This document shows, in pieces, positions 61,136 through 64,000 of a DNA stretch of 64,000 bases; position 1 is the first letter of the stretch, and every line of letters begins with the position of its first letter. Source of the stretch: Trichosphaerium sp. ATCC 40318 (taxonomy: Eukaryota; Protista; Tubulinea); contig JALMLS010000552.1 in assembly GCA_038496445.1 (NCBI GenBank), forward strand, positions 102,996 through 166,995, written 5' to 3'. Below the pieces are notes generated by a model. That model did not search any database and was not told where the DNA came from. It worked only from the letters and a program-made list of their open reading frames with translations. A program made the position numbers and the translations under genes.

Positions 61136-63870
61136 TGTAAGCAAAAATGATATAGTACTCTTATCGCAAAATGTGCACGAGGTCGGGTTCTTGTCCCGAG
61201 CGAAGCGACGGCCCGACTGAAAGCGAACAGTGCTAGCTTGCATTTGTCCCATACTCAAATAGTGTTAAACCAAAACTGGGAGTACAAACAATCCACTTGA
61301 GTAGATTTTGGCTCATATATTGTGGAAAATGTGTCGTCTGCTGTTCGATGTGCTCATTTGCATCACTTCAGATTAGTTTACTAGTTTGCGCCTACCACGT
61401 GTTTAGTGCCGTATGTAGTTCAGAATCCAGATCTTTTTTCCAATGCAACTGTATTCGATGTAACGGTTGAGCATGCATTTGCGACTTTCTGGAAGTCAAT
61501 GTCTGCTTTTGCAAAACCTCAAGGTACCACTTCATCATGGGTGTGATTGCAACAATACGAGAAAAAGAACTTAAATCAGGTTTTTACAATTTAGATGTGT
61601 TTTTTTTAAGTCGACTCAACTCAGTCCGACTCGACTTTTGTAAAATCGGTCCGACTCGACTTAAGACTGAGTCGTTAACAGTACTACAGACCTTACAAGA
61701 CTTGACAGTTCTGAGAGAACTAGCACAATGTGAATCTGTTTACATGTCACTATTGTTTAGGATGCAGGCGCAATCAGCAATGTGTACCTACTATGTACCT
61801 TAAGTGCAAGTAATGTTTCAATTGCAACGCAACGAAATAACTCTAGCAAATGACCATATTATTTATCAGGTGCACATGTATACGCTACACAACCAAATAA
61901 AGCATCAAAGAGCAGAAGGGGAATAAAAAAAGGTACGATGGCTTTTTAGACTAAAAAACTACACTAACACAAACCATGCATTAACAAAACTCACTAACGT
62001 GTTTGAGAAGTTTCTGTTCAAACCAACCAGCACGGATTTACTTTCTTCCTTTGCTAACAGCTCTACCCCTACGATAAAACGCCGTCGTGGTCAATCTCGA
62101 CATCGTAACTATTTCTCAGACAGCTTTGTGCCAATCCAAAGGTACGCATAACGTTGCGCCACAAAAGCGCTCATGGTACCAACAGGGCAGTAATATCACA
62201 GAACCATCAGAGATTAAACTCATTATTAGTGGACACTGCAAAAAGAGAAAATGTGGACGCTGTGAATTTTATCATGTCCTGGCCTATCAAATGCTTCAAT
62301 ATGAGATAATGCTGTTTGTATACAATATTGAGCATGATTCCCATATCTGTAAAAAAGAAACAAACAATTAAAAGTTGACTGTTGTGTGTATGGCTGCTGT
62401 TGAAAAAAGTTGAAATTCAAATGAACCGGGAGTTTTTTCTTATGAACCCGCCAGTATTTAATAAATATTGGTTGTTTACATAAAAGACTCAAACACCCCA
62501 TGCAGTATGCTTTGATGAATTGATTATGTGCTCACACAGTTTTTTTTCTCTACTTCTTTGCTCCCAATCCACTATGTTCCTATGAATTTCATGACCTCTT
62601 TAGGTTTGATTGATGTGTTCCACGATGTCTTGTAGTTCGGATTGGTTGTTTGGAATTGTGCAACAAGTTGTTTTTTCTTCTGTATGGTAAAACACGTGAT
62701 TCCAAATGTTTTTTTTTATTAAACATTTAGATAGACTTGTTTTGTAGGTGAGCACACTGTTAGATTGAATGCGCTCAAAATAACCCAAGTTAGGGCCTGA
62801 TATTCGGAAACACTCTGGTAGCGATATTTTTGCGTCTGGGAGAACCTTACAGCTGTTTTCAGTCATGCAGTTCAATTTTTCTCGTAGATTGGTCAAATGT
62901 TTCTGTTTATTGTCTAGTTTACGTTTTTTAGTTGCTGCACGTGTTGAAGTACGGTTTGTACACGCCACCACAGGTAGGTACTTGAAAATATAACGAAACA
63001 AGTAACAGACATTGTGGTGGTTTTACAAAAATCACGTGCGTGTAAATAAATAAAAACGCTTCGTAACAATTCCTCTGACCAGTAAACCGTGTTATGCAGC
63101 CCTTTCTGCCGTAAATGCGTTAGTCTTTTTTCAAACTTGTTGCCACCTCCACTGCGAGTTGCTCATTGTACAATAGCGAATACGTGACATCTAAAAATCA
63201 GCAGATGAAACCAGCACAGATAGAAAAACAAAAATAAAGAGAATAAAAGCTCCACCACTGGAATAAACAACAGCATGTTTTACAACCGAAAAGATACGAC
63301 AGCACAACATTCTTGTATTTTGGCGTCCGGTTCTCGTTATTCTGTCTGGTTACAATAACATTATGATAATATCCTTTGTGCTTGCCTACCGGGGTAAAAA
63401 ATAGCCCGAAAAAGAATTCGCCACTTACGAGCAACAAAGTTGAGCGAGGGTATTTGCACTATTTGGTGAAATATTTGAAAAACCTGTGTTTTGATGAAGG
63501 TACATGGCCTGTTTTGTCACCAGGTTGTAACTCCATTTACTTAAATAAACAGATTGAAGGTGTCCAAATGGTTAAAAAACTATTGTACAGGCAATCGCGT
63601 TCTTGCGAATCAGTTAAAAAAAAAACCACAACCGTAACACAAATTACAATAACACTTCACTGAAAAATCATGTGTCAAGAGACACCAACTTAATACTACT
63701 TTGTGATAACCTCAAGAGTGACAACACGTCATGACAGAATCATTGAGTGACAAATACCAACGTTTAGATAAGGAAGAACAAAACCAACAACGTCTATCTC
63801 CCCATAATTGAAATTGTGTTTTCTTTGCAGGTTTGTAATGCTTGCTAAGCAAATAGTTGACAAAGTTTAG

Positions 63871-63969
63871 CAACAAATGGCTACAATGAAGTTGTATCAA
63901 CATTACTCAAAGCCAACGCCAATGTTGATGCTGTTGATAAATATGGAAAGACAGCTTTAATATATGCAG
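63871..63969 (+). CDS. Ankyrin-repeat exon (gene probably continues beyond the window)
   Basis: 99-nt phase 1-1 exon flanked by ag/gt encoding ATNGYNEVVSTLLKANANVDAVDKYGKTALIYA, exactly one 33-aa ankyrin repeat. Confidence 0.8.
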
Positions 63970-64000
63970 GTAACATGATATGATGAGATACAACATGTAC

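Noticed and set aside
62050-63001. Transposase or RING/U-box gene on the minus strand
   Set aside because: Multiple stops and frameshifts, no DDE motif, and only a weak CPL...LPC..H..FC likeness; probably decayed sequence.

Overview
AT-rich (roughly 35% GC by eye), intron-dense eukaryotic nuclear DNA, probably from an amoeboid protist. It uses the standard genetic code and has many 40-100 nt spliceosomal introns, mostly GT-AG with a few GC-AG, so the supplied ORF track mostly shows exon fragments. A central block (about 21.7-38 kb) carries conserved metabolic genes: granulin-like/SGNH hydrolase, MCT-type MFS transporter, aromatic L-amino-acid decarboxylase, PhyH-type dioxygenase, a divergent ADP/ATP carrier, a GFA protein, and 6-phosphogluconate dehydrogenase with a complete tRNA-Asn(GUU) inside one intron. 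The flanks are rich in duplicated, fast-evolving families: three Rab32/38-like GTPases with a long tail ending in a SAM-like domain, an atypical Rac (Q61P), an atypical Arf, about eight F-box or F-box-like genes (LRR, MORN, Cys-rich, ARM-SPRY), two C-type lectin receptors, two 4-TM proteins and two Swt1-like HEPN (RxxxxH) putative RNases, plus pseudogene fragments. The most notable signals are the HEPN pair whose upstream DNA is more conserved than its coding DNA, an F-box-like family with a constant scaffold and hypervariable loops, three convergent inverted paralog pairs, and a strong excess of CACGTG (about 50 counted by eye, about 6 expected). Several 1-2 nt homopolymer deletions suggest residual assembly errors. 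All gene models were spliced by hand and no database search was possible.
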